Source: Eledone cirrhosa (Eukaryota). From it: a stretch of 64,000 nt of DNA. Within the stretch, counting starts at the first letter, position 1; each line of letters opens with the position of its first letter. Made by a program: the position numbers and the translations under genes. Below the pieces are notes generated by a model that saw only the letters and a program-made list of their open reading frames with translations, had not been told where the DNA came from and did no database searches. The stretch covers positions 43,710,001 to 43,774,000 of the forward strand of contig OZ024743.1 in the NCBI GenBank assembly GCA_964016885.1, read 5' to 3'. This document shows positions 15,592 to 29,324 of this stretch, in pieces.

Positions 15592-16239
15592 TGTTAGAAA
15601 TTAAGGTGACACAGACAAGATATGTACAGTTTCACTTCGTCAGTGTGTACTCAGATCACAGATGTTTTAGTGCATTATTGACAATACACTTAGTGCGCTC
15701 ATAGTCTTTTATCTATCAAAAAGCCTTGAGCAAAAGAAGCGATAGCGAAGAGAGAGAAAGAAAGAAAAAAATGAACATGAAAATAAAAAAATAAAAAGTA
15801 AACATAGCAATAGAAGGGGGATAAGAGGACAATCACACATCTAAGTAAATAACCGAGAAGAAATAAGTCCAAGTTAAAAAAGAATTTGAGTTTAAGCCTA
15901 GGGGCATAATAACAGCGGAGTTAGGTAAAATATATCTATTCTCAGTGAAAGCGAGCGCAGAGAGAGAGAGAAAAACGGAGGAAGCAGAAGCCAGTTGGGG
16001 GTAAAAGGCAGAGGGGCGGGGGTTAGATGGATAGATTGAGAGACGCAGGAGGAAGAAAAGGGAGTTAATCCAAAAGGTGGCACGACGCACGTGCAACCAG
16101 GACCAACAAACAAGCGAGATCGATAGAGAGAAATTGAGAGAAAGGGAAGGAGTTGATCGACAAGTGTGCCAAGATATAGGTCCAACCAGTAACAACAAAT
16201 AGAGCGAGATAGTAGAGAGAGAATGGAGCAGAGGTTACA
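15592..16239 (-). mobile_element. Putative solo LTR or unclassified element inserted in (TA)n
   Basis: TGTAAC...CTAACA termini, ~650 bp, non-coding. No matching TSD is evident. Confidence 0.4.
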
Positions 16240-16242
16240 GTA

Positions 16243-16315
<73 letters not shown>

Positions 16316-16317
<2 letters not shown>

Positions 16318-16730
16318 TTTTGTCTTAGTAACATTGTGGTTCAATGCATGGGGTTGCAGAACAATAATGTGAGAGACGTAAGATAAGAAAATTATAAAAT
16401 TATAAAGAAATTATAAAATTGACTTACTAAAATATCATTTCCAACTAATTAGTTTCTGAAATGGAGTAGTGATTTTCTCAATGGCTGGGATTTCAGTCCA
16501 CGCTTCGCTATTTCCTTTCCACTGAATTATTTTTTAATAAGTTTCCAGAGTCCTCGCTATGCCTGGTAACTTACACGAAAATAGACTTTCCTGACGACGG
16601 AATGCTTTTCCATATGTTCTTCGGAAAATATATTTACTCCATTCCAGAAACTAATTAGTTGGAAGTGATATTTTAGTAAGTAAGTCAATTTTATAATTTT
16701 TTTATAATTTTATAATTTCCTTATCTTACG

Positions 16731-16738
<8 letters not shown>
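16316..16738. mobile_element. TA-flanked element with inverted duplication and hammerhead relic
   Basis: ~16370-16468 is the reverse complement of ~16634-16737. CTGACGA-cggaa tgctt ttcc at 16591 has lost the GAAA half. Confidence 0.6.
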
Positions 16739-16796
<58 letters not shown>

Positions 16797-16866
16797 ATAG
16801 ATTGTTGTTTTTTATAGTTTCAGAACATCCCGTTAAGGGTGAAGCCAGCGACGCTTTGCCTAAACT

Positions 16867-17003
<137 letters not shown>

Positions 17004-17036
17004 GTATATATATGTATATATACTGTATATATATAT

Positions 17037-17300
17037 TAAAATAACAGATTACATTTTAGGCAAAAAATCGCTGCCTTCACCTTTAACGGGATCTTCTGAA
17101 ACTATAAAAAAAAACAATCTGTGAACGCAGAAGTAAATATATAAAAAGAAACTTAAGAATGAAAGTAGCGATACTTTGCTTAAACTTTAATCTGTTATTT
17201 TAAAAAATATTTATTCAAGGGTTCTTATATATTTGATATGATATAAATATTTATCATTATCGAGTGCTCTTTGGATTATAGTCTTCACATTTATTACTAT

Positions 17301-17305
<5 letters not shown>
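17037..17305 (+). mobile_element. Solo terminal repeat of the 6686-8770 Naiad family with inverted 5' part (further pieces at 16796-16868, 30894-31022, 49575-49690, 63732-63770)
   Basis: Shared cagaagatcccgttaagggtgaaagcagcgattctttgcttaaactttaatctgttat and 3' end tatcgag..tcttca..ttacta(ta)n. Confidence 0.85.
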
Positions 17306-17355
<50 letters not shown>

Positions 17356-17357
<2 letters not shown>

Positions 17358-19100
17358 AGGAGGTTATAGTTCACTTGAAGCATTGTGTAATGAGGTATAA
17401 CCGTTTGAATATGTATAATAAAGCCAAAACAATGCAGGTATGGTCATAGAATAAAGAATGCAAATGCAAAAGATATTGTTGACAATTAGTCTTTTACCCT
17501 AGATTTATTTAAATGTCCTTAATTTTCGAGATAATATCTCTTCTTCATAGTGAAATAAAGGTCTCAAACCAGCGTTCTAAATAGCTTGCCAAGTCATACT
17601 GGCAGGAAATGGTATAGAGTATCTGTTCTATCTCTAATGTCAAAGAGTTAAAATTAGGTGGATAAAGAGTAGTCTCCCTTTAAAAGGGTTTTTTTATTTT
17701 TTTATGTACATGCCTGTTTAAGTGTGTGGGAGAATGCATGAAGGTGTAAGTATGTGAGTGTGTGTGTGTGAGAGTGAGAAGATAAGTCTATTCGCAAATG
17801 TGGGGGATAGTTGTTATCTGGTGTTATCTGGTTTTGTGTGTGTATGTTTGAGAGAGAATAAGTGGAGGTGTAAGCGTGTGTGTGCGTGCGTGCGTGTGTG
17901 TGTGTGGGGTGTGTGTAAATAAATAAATATGGGGCTAGAGGCTCTATCAGGTTATAAATTGGGTGTTGAGTTCTAGTCTATTATTGATTGGTGGTCGTGT
18001 TTTATCTATAATTAGTGCTTCCTTAATTCTAAGATTGCCGAGGTTTCTATCCTTAGTTTCTATCCGAACTGTTATGGTTTTGTCGGTGTTTTTGCATTTA
18101 ACTAGGTGTTTCTTAAATGAGGAAGCGTTAATATTGAGGTGTTCTTTTATTCTTATGTGGAGTGGTCTGGTGGTGCTACCTACATAGAAGTTGTTGCATT
18201 TGTCACACTCTAGTCTGTATACGACGTAAGCCTGGTGGCGTAGGTCTGTGTCGTTGGTGGGGCAGTTGGCTAGTCTGCAGCAGTTGTCATGTCTGGTGGA
18301 GTGTCTTTTCGTTAGCTGTCTGCGTAGAGAAGGACCTGAGTGGGCCAGTGGGATATCTAGTCCCTCTCGTCTGATAGCTCTGCGGATGGCTGTTGTTGTT
18401 TCTTCACTGAAGTGTGGGAGCTTCAGGAAGCAAGTGTTAGTGCCTCGGGTGTGGTTCCTCTGTTCTTTCTGGCACGGTTTGTGGTGGATGTCGTGTATCC
18501 GTTCAGTTTGAGTACTTCCAGGAAATGTGTGGTGTGTGTGTCTCGGTCTCTAGCGTCGGTGAATTTGTTCCAGATACGTGCCAGTTCGTTCCTTATGTAT
18601 CCGAACTTGGCACCGAGTGGGAGGGCCGATCTGAAATGTACGAACAGGTCCCTGTTGGCGGCTTTTTTATAGAAGCAGGTGTGGATGTTGCCTTCCTCCG
18701 TTACCCTGAGTTGGAAGTCCAGTAGGGATAGGGATCCGCGGTCATCGGTGTGTTCCATGCTGAACTTTATACTGGCGTCCATGCTGGAGAATGTTGTGTA
18801 TATTTTATCTGCCTCCTCACGGGATGATGTAAGGATGAGTATGTCATCTACATATCGGGTGAAGAAGGTATGGGAATGGCAGGTGTTGAGGTCTCGGCAT
18901 TCTAGCTGGTTCATGTAGGTGATGGCCAGCATGCCCGATAGGCTGGATCCCATGGGTAATCCTGTTGTCTGTCTGTATGTGTGGTGGTGGAAGATGAAGT
19001 ACGTGTTGTCTACTCAGAAGGACAAAAGCTGGTGTATGGCCGTCGGGTGGAGGCCGTAGCAGTGGATGTCCTCTGCGACCATGCAGGCCGTCAATAAATC
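17356..19100 (-). mobile_element. 5'-truncated Penelope/Poseidon-type PLE (RT + GIY-YIG, frameshifted) with 3' terminal repeat
   Basis: RT motifs MGSSLSG..YM, RYVDD, LSLLD, YKK..HFRS. Endonuclease VVYRLECDKCNNFYVGSTTRPLHIRIKEH..LRIKEAL..INNRLE, with stop at ~17947. Confidence 0.9.
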
Positions 19101-19152
19101 GACAGCTGGATGACACTAGGATAATTGCTGGTCCTGTGCCAAAAGTAGAAAC

Positions 19153-19254
<102 letters not shown>

Positions 19255-19270
19255 TTCGACCCATTAATTT

Positions 19271-21182
19271 CTGATTTCAAGTCTCGCCGAGAGATGGAGA
19301 GAGGAGAAGAGAGATTGGTGAAGGGGTTAAAAGCCAAAAGCGTAAAGTCATGTGCTCGATATGCAATATGCAGTGGAAGGCAACTAGGTGGCTGGGTTCA
19401 TGCAGAGATTAGGTGCACAGAGCTGGAAATATACATTAGTTAAGCAAAACAATACCACACAATTCACAAGGAAGACGTTAGTTAAAGAGTGTCAACACAG
19501 TTGCAGTTTAATGTAAGTAATAATGAGTGTAATTATAGTTTAATGTAAGGAATAATAATAATAATGTCATGTCCGTTTACAATTGGTTCGCTACTCCATA
19601 TAATGTTTCTCGATCAATTGATTATATATCATTATTGACCTGGTTCAGATGAAGATAAGTAACTTAGATAATATTTTGGAGCAGCTCCTCAGAACTTCAA
19701 ATGAGATAATGAAAATATTGATAAAGATAAGATGGAATAAGGAATATAAAATAAAGTAAAGTAAGATGGTTACATGAATGTAATGTTCCATATATTGGTA
19801 TTTCACGAAAGGGGTCCTGGATATGTGTAGTGTCTGCTAAAGCAAGCATTGCGCTTCTGTCGAGACTGTATTAAGCAAGATCTGCCTAACAAAATGGCCA
19901 CTTAAGCAAATTTACGTTACTAATTAGAGACGGGTTTCAAGGGAGGTAACTCCTTGAACAATTAAAATCATAGGTGATTTATAGCTAAGAAGTGCTAATG
20001 AGCTTAAGTGAGAGACAATGTAGGAGAGGTAACTTATAATTATCCAAGTCTGGATTAAATATTTAACATGCTAGCTATATGTATTAGCGAGATTTGATGA
20101 CTCTGTTGGGTCGAATATTCTGTTGGCGTAGGAATTTGCGCTTCGATGGTGACAGTTAATAGTTACCTCATTTCTATCGTTAATAGGTATTATGGTCGTG
20201 ACAGAGTTCTGTAATAGGCCTCCGAAAGACAGAGATCACAACCGTTTTTCGTCCATTGAACGCTGGGGATCTAGCCAAGATATTCCATGTTAGTGTGTGT
20301 TCAATGTTGGTTAATTCAAGGTTTTTAATGAGCCTAGCTAGAGATGTTGAACATCTATTGCTTGGGGCTTGGAAGGAAAATAAGTGCGCGTTATAGCGTA
20401 CCTTAAAAGAGTTAGAGGTATAGCCAATATAGGAGCTAGTATGTAATGCTGTTTTAACTGTGCACCTATATACTATATTGGGAATAAGGCATTGTCCATT
20501 AAGTGGGCATGCATTAGGGTAACAGCAGTTGCAATTACTGTTGCGGTTAGTAAGGGTAGGGTTGTTTAAACTATGCGGCTGGTGTGTACTAATAGGATTA
20601 GAGGGGGGATGTATGCTACTAGAGTAAGTATTGGTGTAGTGGCGTGGTGTATTTGAGAGGGGTGGTGGTACCGCGGTGTGGGTGTCATATGTTTTTAGTT
20701 TATGATGGTTACTAAATGCGATGTGCCTAGCTAGGTTCGGTGTCGTGGAGAATGAGATTTTAAGTTGTTTTTATTAAAGAGTTTGTAATATATATGGTTG
20801 GGGAGGGGGTGTTTAGATAGGATAAAGAAGAAGTGTTCAAGGAAATTAGTGGCTAAATTAGTGGCTAAATTCATTTTCTCATTTGAAGTTGTGAAGAGCT
20901 GCTCTATGATATTACTTAAGTTACTTATTTTCACCTGTGTACTCGTCAAGCAGTCCGAATTAGTGCGGTAGAGACGAGTAGATATGTTGTTGAGGTGTTT
21001 AACTTTGTCAATACTCTGATATGTCCAGTCCCTGGTTGGGTTGTCATTTCACTGAGAAACTGGAATCATATATATATATAAATATATATATTACGAAGGA
21101 AATGTGGTAAAGAACCAGGTGGACCATAACGCACCAAAGTACTCAATACTTAGGGTAGTAGAGTGGGTAATAGGAACGAGTA
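19271..21182 (-). repeat. Inverted segmental copy of 9293-11461 (Naiad fragment plus flanks)
   Basis: Continuous reverse-complement identity with scattered substitutions and one internal deletion. Confidence 0.93.
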
Positions 21183-21208
21183 TATATGTATATATGTATA
21201 TTTATGAA

Positions 21209-21284
<76 letters not shown>

Positions 21285-21813
21285 GTATAGGATTCTCCTA
21301 GATGCAGTAATGGTTAATTACTACACTGGATAGTGTTGACGTACGGTGAGAAGTTACTCTCCCCACTTCAAGACAATACCCTGCTTATCACTATAAATGG
21401 GAATTCAGTGCAATTCGCAGATTACTACTATGAACCCAATGTTCACCCACCCCATAGCTTTCTTCTGTCCCCTCTCTATATCTCCTTCTCTATCCATTCC
21501 ACTCTCTCTCTCTCGCCCTAGGCCTACCCCCCTCCCATCTCCACATCTATGGACCTGCCCTCTGGGGCAATAAATAATTCCAACCTTGTCTATCAACGCA
21601 TCGCTTAAGGTGGTCGCTTTAAGAGTAACCAGTATAATAACACTCCTACCACAACATTTTGATTAAGATATCTACAAACCACTATCACCCATTTCCCCAA
21701 CCCCTGCATATCGTTCTCTCTCTCTTCCTCTCCCGTTCTTTTCTCTCTTCCTTTTCTACTCTATCCTCCCCAATAACCTCACTTAAGGGTATTTACATTG
21801 TATATTTTAACCA

Positions 21814-21935
21814 TTCTGCTCTGATGATACAGTGGTCACAGCATTTGATAATTGAGTTTTGCAAATAGTTATAAATTTGCACATAGCATAACTCGGCTGT
21901 ACAACGACCGTGGAAATATTTGTAAGCACACAGAA
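21814..21935 (+). ncRNA. Type I hammerhead with elongated stem II, in a TA-flanked element (~21281-21978)
   Basis: tgct-CTGATGA-[tac/gtg, ggtc/gacc, acagc/gctgt, gagtt/aactc, tgcaaat/atttgca]-GAAA-tatttg-TA-agca. Confidence 0.75.
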
Positions 21936-22062
21936 TAAATTACCTTTTTATGATACCTACCCGTTATTATTCATTCTTTATATATATATATATGTATATA
22001 TATATGTATATTTATGAATATATGTATATATATATATATACATATATATGTATGTATATTTA

Positions 22063-22139
<77 letters not shown>

Positions 22140-22146
22140 TTATGAA

Positions 22147-22243
<97 letters not shown>

Positions 22244-22365
22244 ATATACATATATATATATATCAACTAGAAATTAATTGACACATATAGATTCATTGGA
22301 ATCTTTGAGCTTATTCTACAGTGGATATGGCGCATGTCTCTCGGACATGACACCCTTAATCTAAT

Positions 22366-22411
<46 letters not shown>

Positions 22412-22430
22412 CATACATACATACATACAT

Positions 22431-22530
<100 letters not shown>

Positions 22531-22578
22531 ACATAAATAAGTCAAATATTTAAAATTTGGCTTCGTCAATTAAAGGTG

Positions 22579-22635
22579 TACTGCTATATATATTTCGGTG
22601 ACAGCCATCTTTGGCTGTGACCTCTTCAGGCTGTC
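22579..22635 (-). ncRNA. Type I hammerhead in a TA-flanked element (~22528-22750)
   Basis: acagc-CTGAAGA-ggtcacagcca aaga tggctgtcacc-GAAA-tatata-TA-gcagt. The homologous 5' part at 9530-9653 has actgc, which gives a perfect stem I. Confidence 0.8.
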
Positions 22636-22824
22636 CGAATTAGTGTGGTAGAGGCGGGTACACATGTTGTTGAGGTGTTTAACTCCGTCAATACTCCGAT
22701 ATGCTCTGTTCCTGGTTAGGTTTTTATTTCTATGTGGAACTGGAACCATATGTAAAGAGATTAAATTATACCTAAATCTTAATCTTAATCACTAAATCTA
22801 ACTCTGCAACGATAGATATTATAG

Positions 22825-22868
<44 letters not shown>

Positions 22869-25800
22869 TCACAATTACATATTGTCTTCTCTCAAAAAAG
22901 CGGTCTCACTAAAATAGAAACATAATAAAATGTATATATTTTTACAGTTACTTATATGCATATCTATCGAATAAATAATCGTATTAGAACAATTACGGGA
23001 AATATGTTTAACATACATAGCATATATTTACAAGCATAGTAACTTGATATTGTCTTCAAACCTTGCTATAGTATCTATCGTTGCAGAGTTAGATTTAGTT
23101 TATAAGTATAATTTATTCTCTTTACAATTCCTCTCATTGCAGTGCAGATTAACAATTTATTTCTCAAAGGAACATTGTAAATAATTATAACATAAACATT
23201 CCTAGTTAGGAATACAAATTTCAGTAGATTGGTATTTTGCTTCATATAATTCTTCATACATAGACTGTGAAGTCGTCTGGACAACATTTGTATTTTACGC
23301 ATCAATTGACGACACATGATCTAATAGAATATTTCTACTGTTTTCCAATGATCTTTAGTTTGCGATCCAACTCATCTTAGTATTTTCTTCCTTTTAATTT
23401 ATCTTCCATGATCAAATTTTAGATGCGCAGTATTTCTTCTAGATCAGATACAAATTCCAATTTCAACTGAAACAGCATATATATCACATTAGTATTGACA
23501 TTATGTGTATATAACCATCACGTTATTATATTCATAATTATAGCTATCACATTAGAACATGTATTATATCCATTTCTTTTAGATCGAGAATATTTCATAT
23601 AAATATAAGTTTAATATATAGCTCTCTAAATATATGCATTATTTATGCAGCACAGGTCGCAGGCCCATCACCAGTTTTTACGGGATGAAATAGATATTTG
23701 AAGACGGCAGGTTAATTTATGTGCAAGAGTTACAGGAGCTGATGCAGTAATGTGCCAGCTTTAGCATTCGGCCATCAGAAGAAGGGAGGTAGGTGTAAAT
23801 GCCAAACTCACTATCTTGAGTTCGGCATTTATATCAACCGTTACCTATGATCGATAGTGTGCGTAGCTCGGAGACCAGAGAGTTACTTTAAGTAGAGCCG
23901 CTACTTCTCCGAATTTAGAGATCACAGTTCCGATATTATGAGCATGTGGTTAGAATCATGTCAGGAAAGAATTGCAGAATATATTTTACGGGCAAAACGA
24001 AACCGACAGGAGACCCAGGCGAAGACAACGAGAAAAAGAATAGAAGTGCTCTCTGAAGAGCAGGTTTCTTTGAAAGATATAGGGATGATAATATCAACTT
24101 GAAGTTATATTAGTCTACCTCTACGATGTATTACATATATAGATCGTCTCAATCCATATCCATATATACCTGCCCTTTAAGGCTTGTCAGTATGAAAATA
24201 GTACTGCTAATTTAGGAGGAATAAATATATCCATATAACTGCTGAAGTTTTCCGAATGTCACAATACTCAAATCATTTATATTACATATTCAATTGAGAA
24301 AAGGTGTTTACCAAAAACGGGACTATGGTTTTGAAGTGGATGTGTGGAACAGAAAAATCTAAATACGTGGAACTCCGAAGTCTAAACAACTGTCTAACAA
24401 ATAAACTATGAAAATCTTTAAATAAATCATAAATAATTTGTTTTTATACTGCATAAGATAAAATTAACATTACATCATAGAAGAAAGTAATGTATACAAT
24501 GATTTTAATATTAATTGCAATGCAAGTAATACCATCTGCTGTTTGCACCTGTTTTATGCAAGTAATAATTAATGCATAATTCTATTGTTTCCAATAAACG
24601 CGAAAGACTTCGTAAAGTAATGTGAAGTAGTATTGAGTGATATTGTTGATGAGAATAACTAGCGTAGCATATGAGGTTGACCGACATAGATTCAGACAGA
24701 AATCAGGAGATTCTTTGGAGAATTAAATATTCCATTTTGTAATATAATATGCTACAATGTTATGGAAAAATTCTAAAACATAATATTTTGTTTTGTAAGT
24801 ACACAGGTCATTGTATTCAACAGAAGCATTAACTATGGCTAGATAGATATATCACACATACATCTGAAATAGATTGCCTATGTGTATGTTGTCGGTAAGT
24901 TCAATATGCGAAAACGGTAATATAAAAAATGATATAATGTAGCAATACTATTAAAGAAATTATACGTTGCAAATAATATTATGTGTTTTTCATATCTTCA
25001 AAATAACACATGTGAGGGATATTTAGTTGAGGACGTATAATTCCTACTGAATGAGATTAATACGTTAGAATAGCTAATACAGGGAGCTGAATATTGTGTT
25101 TAGTTCTAAACAAGTGGGATTTATTCCCTCATCTTTAGGATGGGCAACAAACATACCCCACCTTCACATGATGTTTTTTTCTAGTCTGGCAGCCATGGTA
25201 ATGAAATCGACTTTTGACCCCCTTTTAATGATATCCTACTCATGTAGTATTGGTGAACTAAAATCATTACAATATAAGGAAACATAAGGATTTCTGATTA
25301 TATTAAATTCTGTTAGATTTCAATTCGTTTCACTTCAAACACTTTTATATTAACTCTCCATCGTCGTGAAGGAGCTTCTGACTGTGGCTGTGTATCACTT
25401 ACTTCGATCCAACTCTGTCTCCAGGAAGGACATGTGTTAATGTGATGTATTTACTCTTCCGTTCCTCGTGTTATTCGCCCATTTTTTTCTCATGACGTCC
25501 TTGCCTTAGTTTCCCACGAATGTTTCCTTGAATGATGGCATTAGTTAGTCATCAATGTTGTCATCTAATAGCTGGAAGTAACATAACTTTATATATAAAA
25601 GCATCAACGTTATTATTGATCCACTGCAATTGGCTATATTAATAACTAAAGCAAAGAGAAGGATTTGATTCCGTTACAACAAATGCGAGTCAAATCTTCA
25701 CATAGAGCTTTCTGTTGTCGAAAACAAGTATAAGCACGTCTTATATCCATTGTCTCTGGATCAAATGGTGGAATAGTTAAGGAGAGAAAGTGATTTACAA

Positions 25801-26616
25801 TGGCTGTGCTTAAACGTACCTAATATAAAACAACAGCAATAGACTTTGATATTATTAATTATGACAAACAATATGTATAATAAACAGATCATTAGTACGC
25901 TTTTTCATTATGTTGCATTGCGAAATGGAACAATATCTATTTCGTTTCCATATCAAATTAGTTTATGATTTCTATTGAGATAAATTCAGAATGTTGGCCT
26001 CCAAATTGAATCTATAATCTATTAATCTATCTTATGCAGAAAGAGGTTGGTTAGAAGCAAAATTCATAAATAGCGTGTATTGAGAGAAACATATTGGGCA
26101 GAGTGTAAACGAGTTCTAGTTCCAAGGAATCCCTGTAGATAAGGCTGTTTGAAGGCGCTGAGACATGCGTAGATGCATTGCAAATAGGATTGAATTAGAA
26201 TCACGTTCATTTTATGGAAAACTAGGAACTGAACATGTCGTCTGTTGACTATTCGTATATGAGTCTTGATTGAAATAATTAATCAAATCGAAATAGTGAT
26301 GAGACAATTATTTTAGAATAGCTTTTATTCATTTCATAAATCAAACCAACGAAGAGGTAAATACAATTATAAGGGAGGGTGCTGTTATTTCCACTCCCTG
26401 GCCATTATTTAATATGTTCCTTCGTCTATCTTAATTAAATGCTCAAACCAATAATACCTCATCTGTGTTTGTACAATTATTGATATATATATATTTGTTG
26501 CTTGTAACGTTTTTGAATGTGCATACCAAACACATACACAATTGCACACATAATCACAATGTTGAAAGCGTCTATATACTATTTGAATATAAATATTGTG
26601 CTGAATCAAATATTAA

Positions 26617-26806
26617 ATAATTGTTTCCACTTTAGGCACAAGGCCAGCAATTAGCCAGTGCATTACTGGTACTTTATTTTATCGACCCCGTCAGGATGAA
26701 AGCCAAAGTAAACCTCGGCGGGATTTGAACTCAGATCGTAAAGGGACGTAACTACGCTGGAAAGCACGGCGTCCGACCCTCTACCGATACTGCCAATCCA
26801 CCGCCC
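26617..26806 (-). mobile_element. Main SINE, full length
   Basis: Matches the family consensus, with TSD tattaaataat on both sides. Confidence 0.92.
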
Positions 26807-27039
26807 TTATTAAATAATGGGTAATATTAAAGTTTTTCATGGTAACATTCCGATTTCGCTATTTTGAGGAAGTTTATTTTTCTGTCTTGTCTTTGCTGTA
26901 ATTGCTACCTCGATATGTACGTCAGGGTTTGCATTTAACTGTCCACCGAAAACAACTATATGATATGGAAACAGATTGGAGCATTTTCCGATGGATTGAA
27001 AATCCAATTAAAAAGCCATGATTAATCCACATTAACCCA

Positions 27040-27199
27040 TCAGTAGATGGTTAGACGCCATGAGTTACGTTCGTTTATGGTCTGAGTTCAAATCCCACCG
27101 AGGTTAACTTTGTCTTTCATCTTACGGGGTCGATAAAATAAAGTACCAGTAATGTAACGGTATAATTGCTGGCCTTGTGCCAATAGTAGAAACATTATT
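27040..27199 (+). mobile_element. Main SINE, partial
   Basis: B box, core and tail are present. Confidence 0.85.
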
Positions 27200-27929
27200 A
27201 TATGTGCCAAATATGGGAAGAATAATTATAAAGAATAACATATTTTATATGTATGATGTTCTTGAAATAATCTTGAATTCTGTTATAATAAAACAGAAAG
27301 AACCGCTAATCATATCGGACTAAATAACTATATTTTCATTGTTTTCTCTTTTACGGATACTATCTGGCTGTCACAACTACTGTCAGAAACGCCACCACTT
27401 TTCAAATAACTGTAGACAACATTTCGACTAAGACCGAGCAAAGCCGAATCAGACATAGCTAAAATTCCCTATGGTGTCATTAACAATTCAATTACTCCTC
27501 AGTCCCGTGACTGTTATTTTATTTATTGATCTCGAGAAAATGTAAGGAAAAATTGACAAAGAGCGGGAAAAAATACCAAAGAATTACTCCAACACTCAAA
27601 AGCATTCTGATGCAGCTATGAAAATGATATTTAAGCTGATAGAATCGACTATATTTCCCTGTACTAATTTCAGGATTTGCGAACATATTGATATAGTGAA
27701 TCGTCAGCTGGCCAAAGAAGCGAGACTTTACGTTATTTATATTACCCCGTACCTCAAAGGATAAACACATTGAGATTTCAGTATAAATTATATTATTTCA
27801 AACGAGATATAATTTTAGATATATTTAACATTATTAGCATATTTAAAAGTATTTCCGATGCGTATTTTTATAATTTACGTACGGTAGTGAACGAAATTAG
27901 AAAATGAATTAAATTGAAATCTTACCAAC

Positions 27930-27951
27930 CACACACACACATACACACAAA

Positions 27952-28038
<87 letters not shown>

Positions 28039-28054
28039 ACACCCCCATACACAC

Positions 28055-28103
<49 letters not shown>

Positions 28104-28130
28104 CTCTCTCTCTCTCTTTCTTTCTCTCTC
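27930..28130. repeat. (CA)n + (CT)n compound microsatellite
   Basis: Direct reading. Confidence 0.95.
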
Positions 28131-28437
28131 ATTTATTCGTACGTAAACACACACACATATTATTTAATTGATTCACATGCATTTCATTCAAATACAGGAG
28201 GAGGTGGCATTTTATTCACTGTATTGAATTCACCACAATCAGTATATAATTTTAAAACGATTGATTTTGCCAACTACATGCTCGAAGGTCCCCAAGCACG
28301 AAGACATTCGAAAAACGTAAACAGGCTTTAAGTAGTTATTTTGACTTATAATTAATACTCGTATTTTGAAAAGAATAAACAATATAGGAGTAAAGTTAGT
28401 GCTTATTAATTTAATAACACACACATACATACATATG

Positions 28438-28502
<65 letters not shown>

Positions 28503-28609
28503 ATGTGTGTGTGTGTACATATAAAAGGATCGATCGACGTTCGTTAAATCGGACCGAGAAACAATGTTTTCGTCGGTCTCTCCAGTTACTAGTACTATCT
28601 ATCGGTCGC

Positions 28610-28700
28610 AACTCCAGGTAGAAGGAGCAACGTGAAATAAAGCGTCGCCCGGCCCAGAAATCGAACTCACAAGCTCAAGATTGTGAATCCAATTCTCGGT
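28610..28700 (-). mobile_element. Relic of a second tRNA-derived SINE family (similar relic at ~4800-4890)
   Basis: Minus strand reads gagttcgatttctgggccgggcgacgctttatttcacgttgctcc (B box plus core-like block). Confidence 0.5.
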
Positions 28701-28714
28701 GTACATATATATTT

Positions 28715-28749
<35 letters not shown>

Positions 28750-28936
28750 ATAAAAGTGGATGACTACCTCAACAGGTACTATGTACTTGTAGAAATATGC
28801 AAGGTGTTTATAATATTTGTGGTTCAATGGTTCTAATTCGAGATACCAGAACCATATAAAAAATAGCGGAGCAAGCGGTTATCAAACAATTCTCTAAATA
28901 AATTAATAAACGATTTAAATAATCACCTGTTCTATT

Positions 28937-29017
28937 GCTGTTACCGACGGTTTCATCATTCCGAAAGATTGGAAATCCAGAGAATTTCCAATAGAAAGAA
29001 ATGAATCTTCAGACAGC
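28937..29017 (-). ncRNA. Type I hammerhead with elongated stem II
   Basis: gctgt-CTGAAGA-t-tcatttc..attggaaat tctctgg atttccaat..ggaatga-t-GAAA-CCG-TC-ggta-acagc. Confidence 0.7.
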
Positions 29018-29216
29018 TTATTTCCTACACTATAAGGTTGCAAGCCCTACAGTAAGTAAATATTTCGCTTCCTGCCCAACGCATGCGGTCAAGCCGTTAA
29101 AATGACACACACGCAAAATCAGGTCGCAGATAATAGATACGTAAATACATAGGTTTAAGATGGCAATCAGAATAAATTTTATAGTACAGTACAATTAACA
29201 GGACAGTAATTTAGTC

Positions 29217-29324
29217 ATGATGAAGCATTTATTCCTTAATACATTTAGAATAAGATTTTGTTTACAAATACATCCTTCAATGTTACAACCCATAAATTGT
29301 AATGCTGGTGATCCTATTCTTGAG
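29217..29324 (+). CDS. Candidate first coding exon of a small host gene
   Basis: ATG-open 36 codons (MMKHLFLNTF..DPILE) ending at AG|GTAACC, phase 0. Confidence 0.2.

Noticed and set aside
24047-24085. CTGAAGA..GAAA-GATA-TA motif (similar weak cases at ~39602, ~60110 and ~63285)
   Set aside because: Stems are weak or mismatched and cannot be distinguished from chance without homologues.
25090-25560. Possible very old LINE relic on the minus strand
   Set aside because: Too degenerate to support with recognisable motifs.
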